Shown one piece after another: positions 9,181-19,900 of a stretch of 64,000 bases of DNA. The notes beneath the pieces are model-generated. The model worked only from the letters and a program-made list of their open reading frames with translations, ran no database searches and was not told the origin of the DNA. Numbering within the stretch: position 1 is the stretch's first letter; the number at the start of each line of letters is the position of its first letter. This stretch comes from Dehalococcoidia bacterium. GTDB lineage: Bacteria; Chloroflexota; Dehalococcoidia; UBA2979. The position numbers were made by a program, and so were the translations under genes. The DNA lies in NCBI GenBank assembly GCA_964291495.2, contig OZ219872.1:96001-160000 (forward strand). The letters run 5' to 3'.

Positions 9181-10515
9181 TCAACGCGCGGCAGCGTCGT
9201 CCATCGCCAGCCGCGCGACCTCGATGCCCATGCGCATCGTGTAGTTCTGGCCGCGGTCCTCCGGGTAGATCTGCGTGTTGTTCGCCAGGTAGAGGCCCTC
9301 GATGCCGGTGCGGTGCGGCGGGATCACCTCGTGGTAGCGCCAGTGCACGATCGGCTGGCCGGCGCGGTCCTTGAACAGCCACTTGTCGTTGATCCAGCTC
9401 CGATCGAACGCCGGGTTGATGCGCCGGATATACGGCTCGTAGCGATCGAGCACCTGCTCCACGTCCTCCTCGACCACCGGGTCGCCGGGATCGGCGTAGT
9501 TCGAGAAGTAGACGATGTGCTGCCCGCCGTACTCCGAGGGGTCGCGGAAGTTGGTCTGCTCGACCGCGACCACGAAGGGGCAGTCGTCGTCGGTGATCGT
9601 CAGCCAGTAGATCTCGGAAAGCGGGCGGTCCAGCGCCAGCAGCAGCACCGTCGCCCACTGGTACTCGACCTGCCCGAGCAAGTCCACGTAGTCCTGCGGC
9701 AGATCGGGCGCGATGCGCGGCAGCACGCCCGAGTGCACGGTCGCGATCACCGTGTCGGCCTCGAGGAGCTTCGGCTCCCCGCCCTCCTCGGCGGGGGCGA
9801 GCTCGACACCGGAGACGCGGCCGTCCGTGCTGACGATGCGCTGCACGGGCCGGCCGGCGTGGACGGCGCCGCCGCGCGCGCGGATCGCCCCGGCGAGGGC
9901 GTCGACCATGCGGCCGAAGGAGCCGCGCAGGTAGCCGAGCTGCTCCTTCGCGAGCGGCCCGCCCTGCCGCGAGGCGAAGCGCAGGTAGATCTTGCCCCAG
10001 AACCAGACCATCGCGACCTCGGGCGCGTGCCGCCCGAACTTGGCGCGCAGCAGCGGGCCCCAGACCCGCTCGTAGCCCTCCTCGCCAACCTTCGAGGTGA
10101 TCCAGTCCCTGGCCTTCAGGCCCTCGTAGCGCTTCCAGTCGGAGACGCGGCGCAGCCACAGCGCGGTCAGGCCGAGGCGCAGCCGCGTCAGCAGCGAGAC
10201 GCGGTCGAAGCGCAGCAGGTCGCCCGCGCTGGTGAAGGGGTAGACGCGCTCGTCGCCGAACATCCCCACGCGCGAGTCGACCCACTCGAGGTCCGCGCCC
10301 AGCCCCAGCTCCTCGATGATCTCGGCGATCACGGTGTCGGAGCGGAAGAGGTGGTGGTAGAAGGACTCGATCCGGCCGCCGCCGATCTCGAAGGTGCGGA
10401 CCTGGCCGCCGAGCACCGGGCCGGCCTCGACGAGCGTGACCTCGTGCCCCGCCTTCGCCAGCTCCCAGGCCGCGGCGAGTCCCCCCACGCCGCCGCCCAC
10501 GACGACGGCGCGCAC
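9181..10515 (-). CDS. FAD-dependent oxidoreductase (amine oxidase/protoporphyrinogen oxidase-like family)
   Basis: VVGGGVGGLAAA Rossmann motif, LGGQ, FYHHLF, C-terminal IYPEDRG. Confidence 0.85.
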   Translation of the reverse strand: MRAVVVGGGVGGLAAAWELAKAGHEVTLVEAGPVLGGQVRTFEIGGGRIESFYHHLFRSDTVIAEIIEELGLGADLEWVDSRVGMFGDERVYPFTSAGDLLRFDRVSLLTRLRLGLTALWLRRVSDWKRYEGLKARDWITSKVGEEGYERVWGPLLRAKFGRHAPEVAMVWFWGKIYLRFASRQGGPLAKEQLGYLRGSFGRMVDALAGAIRARGGAVHAGRPVQRIVSTDGRVSGVELAPAEEGGEPKLLEADTVIATVHSGVLPRIAPDLPQDYVDLLGQVEYQWATVLLLALDRPLSEIYWLTITDDDCPFVVAVEQTNFRDPSEYGGQHIVYFSNYADPGDPVVEEDVEQVLDRYEPYIRRINPAFDRSWINDKWLFKDRAGQPIVHWRYHEVIPPHRTGIEGLYLANNTQIYPEDRGQNYTMRMGIEVARLAMDDAAAR

Positions 10516-11528
10516 TAGCCGCTCCCCCGCAGCGTCGAGGCGGCCGGGGCGTCCTCGGATGGCGTGCGCAGCAGGCTGCGTACGGCGATGTGGCGCTGCC
10601 AGAGCAGCAGCAGTCCGAGGGCGGCGACCGGGATCAGCAGCACGGCGTGCAGCGCGATCGCGTAGGCGGTGCCGGCCGCGGCGGTCGCGCCGAAGACGAC
10701 GGCCACCTCGCGGGCGAAGAACTCGAACGGACCGATGCCGCCCGAGGTGCTCGGCGCGGCGATCGCGAGATTGGCGGCGCCGCAGACGCCGAGGTAGAGC
10801 AGCGGGTCGAGCTCGAGGCCGAGCCCGATCCCGACAAGCCAGTACATCGCCGCCTCGATCGCCCAGGAGGCGGCCGTCACGACGAAGATCGCGATCCAGG
10901 CGCCCATCCCGCGGATCGTCGTCAGCCCCTCGACGAAGCGGTCGAGCCGCGGGGCAATGAAGTGCTGGAGCCGGACCGGGAGCGGCCTCACCAGCCGCTG
11001 CGCCAGCCCGGGGTTGTCGGCCAGGCGCGGCCCGATGATCAGCAGCGCAAGGGCGATTGCGACGAACGCGGCGCCGGTGACCGCGGCGAGCAGCTGCAGC
11101 ACGCCGCTGCCGCCCGCGAGGGCGATCGTACCGGCGAGGAAGAGGGCAAGCACCAGGCCGTCGAAGACGCGCTCGACGAGGATCGTGCCGAGCGCGGCGA
11201 CGCGGTCCGCGCCATGGCGCTCGTGCAGCAGCTGCGCGCGCACCAGCTCGCCGGCGCGCACGGGCAGTACGTTGTTCGCCGCGTAGCCGATTACCACCAG
11301 CGCCGTCGCGTCGCCGGTGCCGATCGGCGTCGCGCCACGCAGCACCAGCTTCCAGCGCAGCCCGCGCAGCCAGAGCGCGCCGAGGTAGATCGCGAAGGCA
11401 GCGACGAGCCAGCCCGGCGCGGCCGCGGTGAAGGCGTCACGCAGCTCCGGCCCGTTGACCTGGCGCAGCAGCAGCACGATGAAGACCGCGCTGACGGCGA
11501 GACCGATCAGCGAGCGTCGCCACTTCAC
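10515..11528 (-). CDS. Flippase-like membrane protein (lysylphosphatidylglycerol synthase TM / UPF0104)
   Basis: RGLRW, GYAANNVLPVRAGELVR, ERVFD, PSTSGGIGPFE. Confidence 0.88.
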   Translation of the reverse strand: MKWRRSLIGLAVSAVFIVLLLRQVNGPELRDAFTAAAPGWLVAAFAIYLGALWLRGLRWKLVLRGATPIGTGDATALVVIGYAANNVLPVRAGELVRAQLLHERHGADRVAALGTILVERVFDGLVLALFLAGTIALAGGSGVLQLLAAVTGAAFVAIALALLIIGPRLADNPGLAQRLVRPLPVRLQHFIAPRLDRFVEGLTTIRGMGAWIAIFVVTAASWAIEAAMYWLVGIGLGLELDPLLYLGVCGAANLAIAAPSTSGGIGPFEFFAREVAVVFGATAAAGTAYAIALHAVLLIPVAALGLLLLWQRHIAVRSLLRTPSEDAPAASTLRGSG

Positions 11529-11644
11529 GTCCCGCTCCCTCGCGAGGCCGCAGCGGGCCCCGTTGCCGCGAATCGTCCTGCTCTCGGTGCGCCTCTATGT
11601 TCGGCCATCAAGCAGTCGCGCGCGACGCCGGGAGCGCTGCGCGG

Positions 11645-13591
11645 TCAGCGCTTCGGGAACCAGATGTGGCCGCGCAGCGCGCCGAGCGAGTCCTCCTCGG
11701 TGCGCGAGGCGACGAAGCTCACCCAGTCGACGAGCAGCTCGCCGCTGGCGAGCTTGCCGAGGACGCCGCGTGGCGTGGCCGCGCGGTAGCCCTCCTCGCG
11801 GAACCACCAGCGGTGGACGTAGGGGCGGGGCGCCTCGAACTGGTGGCGCAGCAGCCAGCCCGGCCCCAGGGTGCTGCTCGCGCTGATCAGCACCGCGCCC
11901 TCGCCGGGCCCGTACTGGCGGATCGCGTCGGGCCCGAGGTAGCCGACGTTGGGGACGTCGCGCAGGTACCAGGCCCAGGGCCAGGTCAGCGAGGCCGTGG
12001 TGTCGACGACCACGGGCGTGGGCGTCGGCTGCGCCCGCACGTACTCCGCTATCTCCCGCGCCAGTACCGGCACCTGCGGCGAGGTCTGGGTGTAGATCAG
12101 CGGCTCGACGGGCGTGTCCGGGTGGCGGTAGGAGACCCCGAACGCCGTCCACAGCGAGGCGGCGGCGAGGAGCGCGCCGAGCGCGCCCGCTCCCGCCCAG
12201 AGCAGGGCCGGCCGCGCCGACCCGGCCGGCGCGGTGAAGTCCTCGCGCAGGCCGCGCAGCGAGCGCCACGCCCGCGGCAGCACGAGGCCGAGCGCGTGCC
12301 CGGCGATCAGCGCGAGCGGCAGCGCGAAGTGCACGTTCAGCCACGGCATCTTCTCGCCGGCGAAGGAGAGCAGGACGAAGATCGCGACGAACCACCAGGC
12401 GAGCAACCGCATCAGCGAGTCGCCGCGCCAGAGCAGCCAGGCGCCACCGATCAGCGCCGGGAGCAGCGAGAGGAACTCGTAGGTGGGGAGCATCATCAGG
12501 TAGTAGTGGAGCGGCTGCTTGCCGCGCTGCACGTCCTGCTGGTCGAGCCAGTAGTCGAGCTGCCCCCAGAACGCGGAGACAAAACCGTCCTGGTTCGTGA
12601 AGCCGGTGGTGAACAGCGGGATCGTGATCAGCCAGGCGAGCGCCGCGATCGGCAGCCAGGTGCCGGGACGCCAGAGCACGCCGATGATCGTGCTGATCGC
12701 GAGCAGCTCGAGGATCAGGACCGTCTCGATGTGCTCGAACGTCGCAGTTTCGATGCCGGGGAAGGGGATGCGCAGCGCGGCGCCGAGGAACGGCGCGGTC
12801 ATCGTACCGACCACGACCATCAGGTCGCCCTCGCGGGGCAGGGTTTCGAGGCCGAGGCGGCGGCGCAGCGGGGCGAGCGGCGCCCACAGCGCGGCGATCA
12901 CCCAGGCGAAGGGGAAGAGCACGATCCACGAGGCGATCGCGGAGCCGTGCCGGTACTTCCCGTCCTCCCCGCCCAGTTGCTGCAGCAGGCTGCTGGTGAG
13001 CGTGGCGTTGATGTAGAGCAGCGCCAGCCCGCAGAACAGGTAGGCCGTCTCCTTCGTCGCGAACGAGAGCGCGATCGCCGCCGCCGCGAGCACCAGCCAG
13101 CGCTCCCGCCCGTCGTGGCGGTAGCGCCAGATCGCGGCGATCAGGAACAGCATCCAGAGCGCCGCCGGGATGTCGTTGCGCGAGAAGCGCGAGTAGTAGA
13201 GCAGCACCGGCGAGAACGCGATCAGCAGCCCCGCCACGATCACGCCCGTGTTGCCCAGCCAGCGGCGCAGCAGCAGCGGCGCCAGCACCAGGGCCGCGCC
13301 CGCGAGGGCCATCGGCAGCCGCGAGGCCACCTCGTTGTCCCCGAAGACCACGAACGAGCCGGCCACCGTGTGGAAGAGCAGCGGCCCGTGCATCAGCGGG
13401 TTGTGGACGTAGCCGCGCCCCTCGGCGAGGTCCCAGGCGTACTTGGCGTGCAGCGACTCGTCGTGGTGCATCGCCCGCGCGTCGAGGTCGACCACGCGCA
13501 GCAGGAGGGCGACGGCGGCGATGCCGAGCAGCACCAGCAGCGTGCGGTCCGCCCGGAGCTGTCCGAGGCGCGCGAGCAACCCGGCGCTCAT
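11645..13591 (-). CDS. TIGR03663/Agl23-like PMT-type membrane glycosyltransferase
   Basis: AMHHDESLH, YVHNPLMHGP, YYSRFSRND, FATKE, GEKMPWL, LIYTQTS; start MSAGLL overlaps the upstream stop. Confidence 0.85.
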   Translation of the reverse strand: MSAGLLARLGQLRADRTLLVLLGIAAVALLLRVVDLDARAMHHDESLHAKYAWDLAEGRGYVHNPLMHGPLLFHTVAGSFVVFGDNEVASRLPMALAGAALVLAPLLLRRWLGNTGVIVAGLLIAFSPVLLYYSRFSRNDIPAALWMLFLIAAIWRYRHDGRERWLVLAAAAIALSFATKETAYLFCGLALLYINATLTSSLLQQLGGEDGKYRHGSAIASWIVLFPFAWVIAALWAPLAPLRRRLGLETLPREGDLMVVVGTMTAPFLGAALRIPFPGIETATFEHIETVLILELLAISTIIGVLWRPGTWLPIAALAWLITIPLFTTGFTNQDGFVSAFWGQLDYWLDQQDVQRGKQPLHYYLMMLPTYEFLSLLPALIGGAWLLWRGDSLMRLLAWWFVAIFVLLSFAGEKMPWLNVHFALPLALIAGHALGLVLPRAWRSLRGLREDFTAPAGSARPALLWAGAGALGALLAAASLWTAFGVSYRHPDTPVEPLIYTQTSPQVPVLAREIAEYVRAQPTPTPVVVDTTASLTWPWAWYLRDVPNVGYLGPDAIRQYGPGEGAVLISASSTLGPGWLLRHQFEAPRPYVHRWWFREEGYRAATPRGVLGKLASGELLVDWVSFVASRTEEDSLGALRGHIWFPKR

Positions 13592-15888
13592 CGCAACCCC
13601 GTGGAGACAACGACGATCCGCGCGCCGGGCGCCTCGAACACGGTCGGCCAGGCCTCGAAGCGCGTAGCGACGTCCGCCCCGAACTGGCGGCGTTCCTCGC
13701 GACCGAGGTAGACGTGGGTCACGCCATGCGTGCGCGCCAGCAGCAACGACTCGATGCCGGCTCCCTTGCGGTAGATGGTGTCGACCACGTTGAGGCGCTC
13801 CGTCAGGGGTGCGTCGCTGTGCCACTGCAGCTGGTGGCCGGGCCAGCCGATCAGCGTCGGCGTGGCGCTGGCCGCCGAGATCATGTTACCCGGCCCGTAG
13901 CTGCGGCTCGCGGCCTCGAGCAGCACGTGGCGACGGGGATCCAGCTCGCCGCGCACCCACTCGAGCGCCGCGGCCAGCCCCGGATCGCGCCGCTCGATGT
14001 GCGCAAGCGCGTCGATGCCCCTCGCCTGGCCCTCGCGCGCACGGCTGACCGTCGCGGCCGGCGCGTAGAGCAGCGTGCCAACCCAGAGCAGCGCGGCGAG
14101 AAGGGCGAGCGCCGCGAGCGCGCCTCGCGGCGAGGCGAGCCGCCCCCGCAGCGCGGCGAGCGGCGGCCGAGGCGCGGCGTCGTAGGCGAGCGCGAGGCCG
14201 ATCGCCCCGGAGGCCGCGAGCAGGGGCCAGGCGACGTACCAGAACTTGAAGACGGTGTTCATGCGCGCGTGCCGCAGCGCGTCGGTGACGTGGAACAGCT
14301 CGGTCGCGAGCACGATCGCGCCCGCCGTGGCGGCCAGCGCCAGCCAGGCCGCGTGGTCGCGCCGCCCCTCGGCGTAGCGGCTTGCCGAGGCGGCCGCGGC
14401 CACGCCGGTCGCGAGCACGAGGCCGCCGAGCGTCAGCCAGCCGGCGCCGCGCGCAGCGAACGCGTCGCCCTCCCCGGCCGCCCACACGACCCAAAGCGCG
14501 AGCGGCGTCGCCGCCAGCGCGAGGCCCCTGGCGAGCGCGCGCCTCGAGGCGTGCTGGCGCGTCAGCAGCGCGGCGAGCGCGATCGGCAGCAGCGGGGCGC
14601 CCCAGAACAGCAGCAGCCGCAGCGGGTCACTCGCCGCGTCGGTCACGACGGTGGCTCCGATCGATGACGTGTCGAGCGTCTGCAGCAGCGGCCAGGCGAT
14701 CGCGAGGCCGACGAGCGTCGGCGCGAGGAGATAGCGCGCGGCGCCGAAGAGCGCGCCGTGCAGCGGCCAGCCGACGGCGCGGAAGGCGGCGGCCGCCGCC
14801 GCCAGCCAGATCAGCCCGTAGGCGAGCACGTCCCAGGCGTTGGTCATCGCCAGCCCGGCGAAGAGCGCGCCGGCCAGCAGCAGCGCCCCCGGGCGCGCCG
14901 TCCAGCGCCGCCACGAGAGCGCGAAGCCGCCCTCGAAGGTGTCGAGCGCGACGGCGAGGGCGACGATGCCGAGCGGCAGCGCGAGCACGTGCGCGTGCGG
15001 GTCGCCGAGGATGTAGGAGAAGGCGGGGAACTCGCTGATCGTGCCGGGGACCACGCGCGTCGCCCGCCACCACCACCAGAACTGGTCGGGCACGCCGTGC
15101 GTCGCCTCCACGGGGCCGGGCAGCCCTTTCACGCCGAGGCGGCCCCAGACGCCCTCACCGCCCAGTCCGTTCGCCGCCGCGAGGTCCGCCAGCCCTTCCA
15201 GCGGCGCGATCCAGATCAGCGCCACGACGGCGATGGCGGCGGCGATCCACGGCGTGGCGCGCCGCCTCGGCGCGCCGAGCGCGACCGCGTCGCTCGCGAG
15301 GCCGGCGATCGCCACCGCCGCGAGCGCCGCAGCCGCCGCGAGGCCGAGGTTGAAGCCGAAACGCGGCGCGACCCCAGCCAGCCGCCCGCTGACATCGATC
15401 ATCACGTGCCCGAGGTGGTAGTAGGAGACGTCGTAGCCGGCGAGCCAGGAGTCGGGGGGCGGCAGCTGCGCGGCGTGGTGCACCGCGTTGAGCAGCATCA
15501 GGTCCATCGGCTTCTCGGTGTTGATCGCAGCCGGCGCCTGGGCGCGCACGAACAGCACGACGACGAAGACCACGAGAAACAGCGCCTCGCCGGCGAGCAC
15601 CGTGCGGCGCGCCCGCCAGAGCGTCCGCAGCCGCTCCGGGTCGCGCCAGCCGAGCCAGCCCGACCAGGCGTAGAGCAGGGCGACCGCGGCGATGACGAGG
15701 CCGGTCCCGTAGGGAATCGAGACGAGCGACGAGGCCAGCCAGACGACCTGCGCGACCAGCAGCAGCGCGAGCGGGCGGGCGTACAACACCCCGCGCGAGC
15801 GCAGCCGCCCGAACAGCAGCGTCGCCGGCAGCAGGCCGCTCGCGCCGATCAGCACCAGCGCGAGGTACCACGCGAGTCCCTCGTACAC
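13588..15888 (-). CDS. DUF2298 / Chlor_Arch_YYY membrane protein
   Basis: TEKPMD, DSWLAG..SYYHLG, ISEFPAFSYILGDPHAH, NAWD, RMNTVFKFWY, GWPGHQLQW. Confidence 0.87.
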   Translation of the reverse strand: MYEGLAWYLALVLIGASGLLPATLLFGRLRSRGVLYARPLALLLVAQVVWLASSLVSIPYGTGLVIAAVALLYAWSGWLGWRDPERLRTLWRARRTVLAGEALFLVVFVVVLFVRAQAPAAINTEKPMDLMLLNAVHHAAQLPPPDSWLAGYDVSYYHLGHVMIDVSGRLAGVAPRFGFNLGLAAAAALAAVAIAGLASDAVALGAPRRRATPWIAAAIAVVALIWIAPLEGLADLAAANGLGGEGVWGRLGVKGLPGPVEATHGVPDQFWWWWRATRVVPGTISEFPAFSYILGDPHAHVLALPLGIVALAVALDTFEGGFALSWRRWTARPGALLLAGALFAGLAMTNAWDVLAYGLIWLAAAAAAFRAVGWPLHGALFGAARYLLAPTLVGLAIAWPLLQTLDTSSIGATVVTDAASDPLRLLLFWGAPLLPIALAALLTRQHASRRALARGLALAATPLALWVVWAAGEGDAFAARGAGWLTLGGLVLATGVAAAASASRYAEGRRDHAAWLALAATAGAIVLATELFHVTDALRHARMNTVFKFWYVAWPLLAASGAIGLALAYDAAPRPPLAALRGRLASPRGALAALALLAALLWVGTLLYAPAATVSRAREGQARGIDALAHIERRDPGLAAALEWVRGELDPRRHVLLEAASRSYGPGNMISAASATPTLIGWPGHQLQWHSDAPLTERLNVVDTIYRKGAGIESLLLARTHGVTHVYLGREERRQFGADVATRFEAWPTVFEAPGARIVVVSTGLR

Positions 15889-15900
15889 GTCGGCGGCCCG

Positions 15901-16857
15901 CTACGCCTGCGCGGTCTCGGAGTCCGCCAGCAAGCCGTCCACGAACGCCTCCGCGTCGAACGGCGCCAGATCCCCCGGGCCGTCCCCGACCCCGATGAAG
16001 CGCACGGGCAGCCCCAGCTCCGAGGCGACCGCGAAGACGATGCCACCGCGCGCGCTGCCATCGAGCTTCGTGAGGATCACCGAGGTCACCTCGATCGCCT
16101 CGGTGAAGGCGCGCGCCTGCGCGAGGCCGTTCTGCCCGGTGGTCGCGTCGAGCACGAGCGCGACCTCGTCGGGGCCGCGACCGAGTTGCCGCTCGATGAC
16201 GCGCCGGATCTTGGCCAGCTCGTTCATCAGGTTCTGCTTGTTATGTAGTCTCCCGGCCGTATCCACCAGCACGAGGTCGTGGCCGCGCGCCTGCGCCGCC
16301 CCGATCGCGTCGAAGGCGACCGCGGCGGGGTCGGAGCCCGCCTGGTGCGCGATCACGTCGAAGCCGATTCGCTCGCCCCAGCTGCGCAGCTGCTCGATCG
16401 CCGCGGCACGGAACGTGTCGCTGGCCGCGGCGATCACGCGGTTGCCCTCGGCCTGGTAGGCGTGGGCGAGCCGCGCGGCCGCGGTCGTCTTGCCGGTGCC
16501 GTTGACCCCGGCAATCAGCACGACGGCGGGCCGGGGCGGCGCGTCGGAATCCACATCCCAGAGCCGGCCGGCGCCCGCGGGCGCCTCGAGGATCGCGATC
16601 AGCTCGCTGCGCAGCGCGGTGCGCAGCTCTTCCGGCTGCCGCGGATTCGCGGCGCGCACGCGGTCGAGCACCTCGAAGGTGGTCTCCACTCCGGCGTCCG
16701 AGCCGATCATCACCTCTTCGAGCGAGTCCCAGAGTTCGGGCGTGATCCCGTTTCCGCGCAGCAGATCGCCGACGCGGCCGAACCAGCTGCGGCGCGTCCG
16801 CGACAACGCCTGCCCCGTCGCCGCCTCGGACTCCGGGTTGCCTCGCAGCAGCCTCAC
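15901..16857 (-). CDS. ftsY: SRP receptor FtsY
   Basis: GVNGTGKTT, DTFRAAA, DTAGR, DATTGQN, TKLDGSARGG. Confidence 0.96.
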   Translation of the reverse strand: MRLLRGNPESEAATGQALSRTRRSWFGRVGDLLRGNGITPELWDSLEEVMIGSDAGVETTFEVLDRVRAANPRQPEELRTALRSELIAILEAPAGAGRLWDVDSDAPPRPAVVLIAGVNGTGKTTAAARLAHAYQAEGNRVIAAASDTFRAAAIEQLRSWGERIGFDVIAHQAGSDPAAVAFDAIGAAQARGHDLVLVDTAGRLHNKQNLMNELAKIRRVIERQLGRGPDEVALVLDATTGQNGLAQARAFTEAIEVTSVILTKLDGSARGGIVFAVASELGLPVRFIGVGDGPGDLAPFDAEAFVDGLLADSETAQA

Positions 16858-16947
16858 GGCACCATCCTGACCGGCCCTCGATGCGGGCGCCTGCCGATCG
16901 TAGCGAGAGGCGCGGCGAGTGGCGAACGAGCCGCGCCGGCGACCCCG

Positions 16948-19900
16948 TTACGAGGCCTGCGGCAGGTCGGCCAGGCGCAGCGAGAGCACGCGCGAGACGG
17001 AGTCGTCGCCCATCGAGATGCCGTAGATCGTATCGGCGGACTCGACGGTGCCGCGGTTGTGCGTGATCACGATGAACTGCGAGTGCTCGCAGAGCCCGCG
17101 CAGCGTATCGACGAAGCGACCCACGTTCGCCTCGTCGAGCGCGGCGTCGACCTCGTCGAGGACGCAGACCGGCGCCGGGTTGACGTCGAGCAGCGCGAAC
17201 AGCAGCGCCACCGAGGTCAGCGCGCGCTCGCCTCCAGAGAGCATCGAGAGCGAGGAGATGCGCTTGCCGGGCGGCTGCGCGCGCACGTCCACGCCCGCCT
17301 CGCCGCCCTCCTGCTCCGGCTCGACGATGGTCAGCTCCGCCCGTCCGCCGCCGAAGAAGCGCTCGAAGTAGTCGGCGAAGCTCGCGTTGACGTGCTCGAA
17401 CGTGTCGCCGAAGCGCTCGCGAATCTCGCGCTTGAGTTCGGCAATCGCGGTGCGCAGCTGCGCCTCGGCCTCCTCGAGGTCGTCGACCTGCCCGGCGAGG
17501 AAGTCGTGCCGCTCGCGCTCCTCGCTGAGGTCTTCGAGCGCCTCGAGGTTGACCGGGCCGAGCGCGCGGATCTCGGCCCGCAGCTCGGAGATGTGCTCGC
17601 GCAGCTCGGCGGTGTTGACCTCGGCCCCGCCGCTCGCGGGGACCGGCGCCGACAGCACCGGCGGCGCGCCATTGTCGGCAGCACCTCCGTCGGCCAGAGC
17701 CGGCTCGACGGCCGCGCTGCCCTCGAGATCGGGCTGCGCCTGCTCGGCGACGGCTCGGCGCACGCTGCCGTCCTCGCGCAGGACGAGGCCGTCGTCCGCG
17801 ATCTGCCGCTCGAGGTTCTGGACGCGGTTTGCCAGCTCCCGCAACGCGGACTGCGCCTCCAGCAGCTCGCGCTCGGCGGCGAAGAGCCGCGCCTGGCTGT
17901 CGCCGCGCGTCGCCGTCAGCTCGCGCTCGGCGCGCTCCGCGTCGGCCAGCGCGGCGTGCGCCGGTGCGACGGCTTCCTCGGCGGCGCGGCGCGCGCTCTC
18001 GACGTTGGCGACCTGCTCGCCGAGATCGCGCAGCGTGAGATCGAGGTCTTCGAGTTCCTGGCGGACGGCGAGCGCCTGGTCGCGGCGCTCGGCGAGCCGC
18101 TCGCCGCGGTTGCGGTGCGCCTCCTCCAGCGCGACCTGACGGTCGCGGATCGCGGCTTGCTCGCCCTCGGCGGCGGCGAGCCCGGCAGCAGCCCGGGCAA
18201 CCTGCTCGCCGGCTGCGTCGCGCTCGGCGCCGACGGCTTCCGAGCGATCGCGCAAGCCCACGAGGCGTGCGTCGAGCATCTCGAGCGCGGCGCGCTCGCG
18301 CTCGATCGCCGCTGCGGCGTCGTCCGACGTGGCCTCGGGGTCGTCTTCGGCGAGCACGGCGTGGGCGAGGCGCAGCTCGCTGCCGATCGCCACCAGGCGG
18401 CGCCGCAGCCGTGCGCTGTCCTGCTCGTGCGTGCGCAGCGCGGTCTCCGCCGCCGTCGCGGCGCTGCGCGCGGCCTCGAGGGCGTCGCGGGAGTCGGCGA
18501 CGATGTCGTCGAAGTGCTGAACCTGCGCGGCGGCGGCGGCTTCGGCCTCGCGCGCGGCCTCGATTGCCTCGGGCAGCGCGTGTTCCTCGTCCTGCAGCAC
18601 GAACTGCTCGGCCGCCGAGCCGCGTGAGCCGCCGTAGATCGAGCCGTCCGCGCGCACCAGCACGCCGTCACGCGTGACGACGGAGCCGAGGCCGCGCTGG
18701 ACCGTCTTGAGCGCGGTCTGCACGTCCTCGACGACGATCGTGCGCCCCAGCAGGAGGTCGATCAGCGGGCGGTACTTGCGCTGGGTCTTGACCAGCGCCG
18801 ACGCGACGCCGACGACGCCGCGCTCGCTCAGCATGTTGAGTGAGTACTGCCGGTCGACGGCGTCGAGTGGCAGCACGGTGACGGAGCCGGCGCCCTGCGC
18901 GCGCAGATGCTCGATAGCGGCCAGCGCCTCGTCCTGTCGTTCGACCACGACGGCGCCGATCCATTCGGCGAGCGCCGCCTCGATGGCGTGTTCGAGGCCC
19001 TGCGGCACGCGGATCAGCCGCCCGAGGAGCCCCACCACGCCGCTCAGCTGCTGCTCGTCCGGGCCCGGCTCCCTGGCGGCGCGCAGCAGCTCCTGGGAGG
19101 CGGAGCCCTGCCGCGCCAGTTGCGCCGCCAGCTCGGCGGCAAGCTCGCGGCGGGCCTCCAACTGCTCGCGCCGCGTGGTCGCCCCGCGCAGCGCCTCGCG
19201 GCCTTCCTCGGCGCGCGTCCGAGTCTCCTCGATCCGCCGCTCGGCGATCGCGCGGCGGCGCAGCGCCTCCGCCGCCTGCTGCGTGAGGCGCTCGTGTTCG
19301 CGCCGCGCCGCCAGCGCGCGCTGCCCGTAGTCGCGCAGCTCGTCGTGCAACTCGTCGCGGCGGCGGGCCGCCTCGCGCTGCTCCCGGTCGCGGCGCTGCT
19401 GCTCGGCCTCGACCCTCGCGCGCCGCGACTCAGCGTCGCGGATGGTGGTCTCGATGCGGGAGCGGCGGGCCTCGGCTTCCGCGAGATCGCGCAGGACATC
19501 GCGCACCGCCTCATCCGCCGCGCGCATCGCCTCCTGAGCGCCCTCGAGGCTGGCGCGCGACTCGGCGACCCGCGCGTCCAGCTCGATCAGCGTGGCGTCG
19601 TCCGCTGCGCCGGGGCCGGGCGCGGTTTCCAGCTCCTGGATGGCGGCGTCGAGCTCCGTGCGGCGCACCAGCAGCAGCTCCTGGCGCTGCTCGGCGAGCG
19701 CGCGCTGCTGTCCAAGCGCCAGCGAGCGTTCGGCCAGCTCGCGCTCGCGGCGCTGCGCGCCGCTCAGCTCCGCGCGCGCCGCGGCGACGGCGCGCTCCGC
19801 GGCGGCGATCTCGGGGGCGAACGCCTCGGCCTGCCGGCGCGCCGCGGCAAACGCCTCGGAACGCTGGTCGTGCCGCGCCTGCGCCGCCGCCAGCGCCTCG

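Noticed and set aside
9181-15888. Oxidoreductase-flippase-TIGR03663-YYY cluster as a novel system
   Set aside because: These families and their association in Chloroflexota/archaea are already described.
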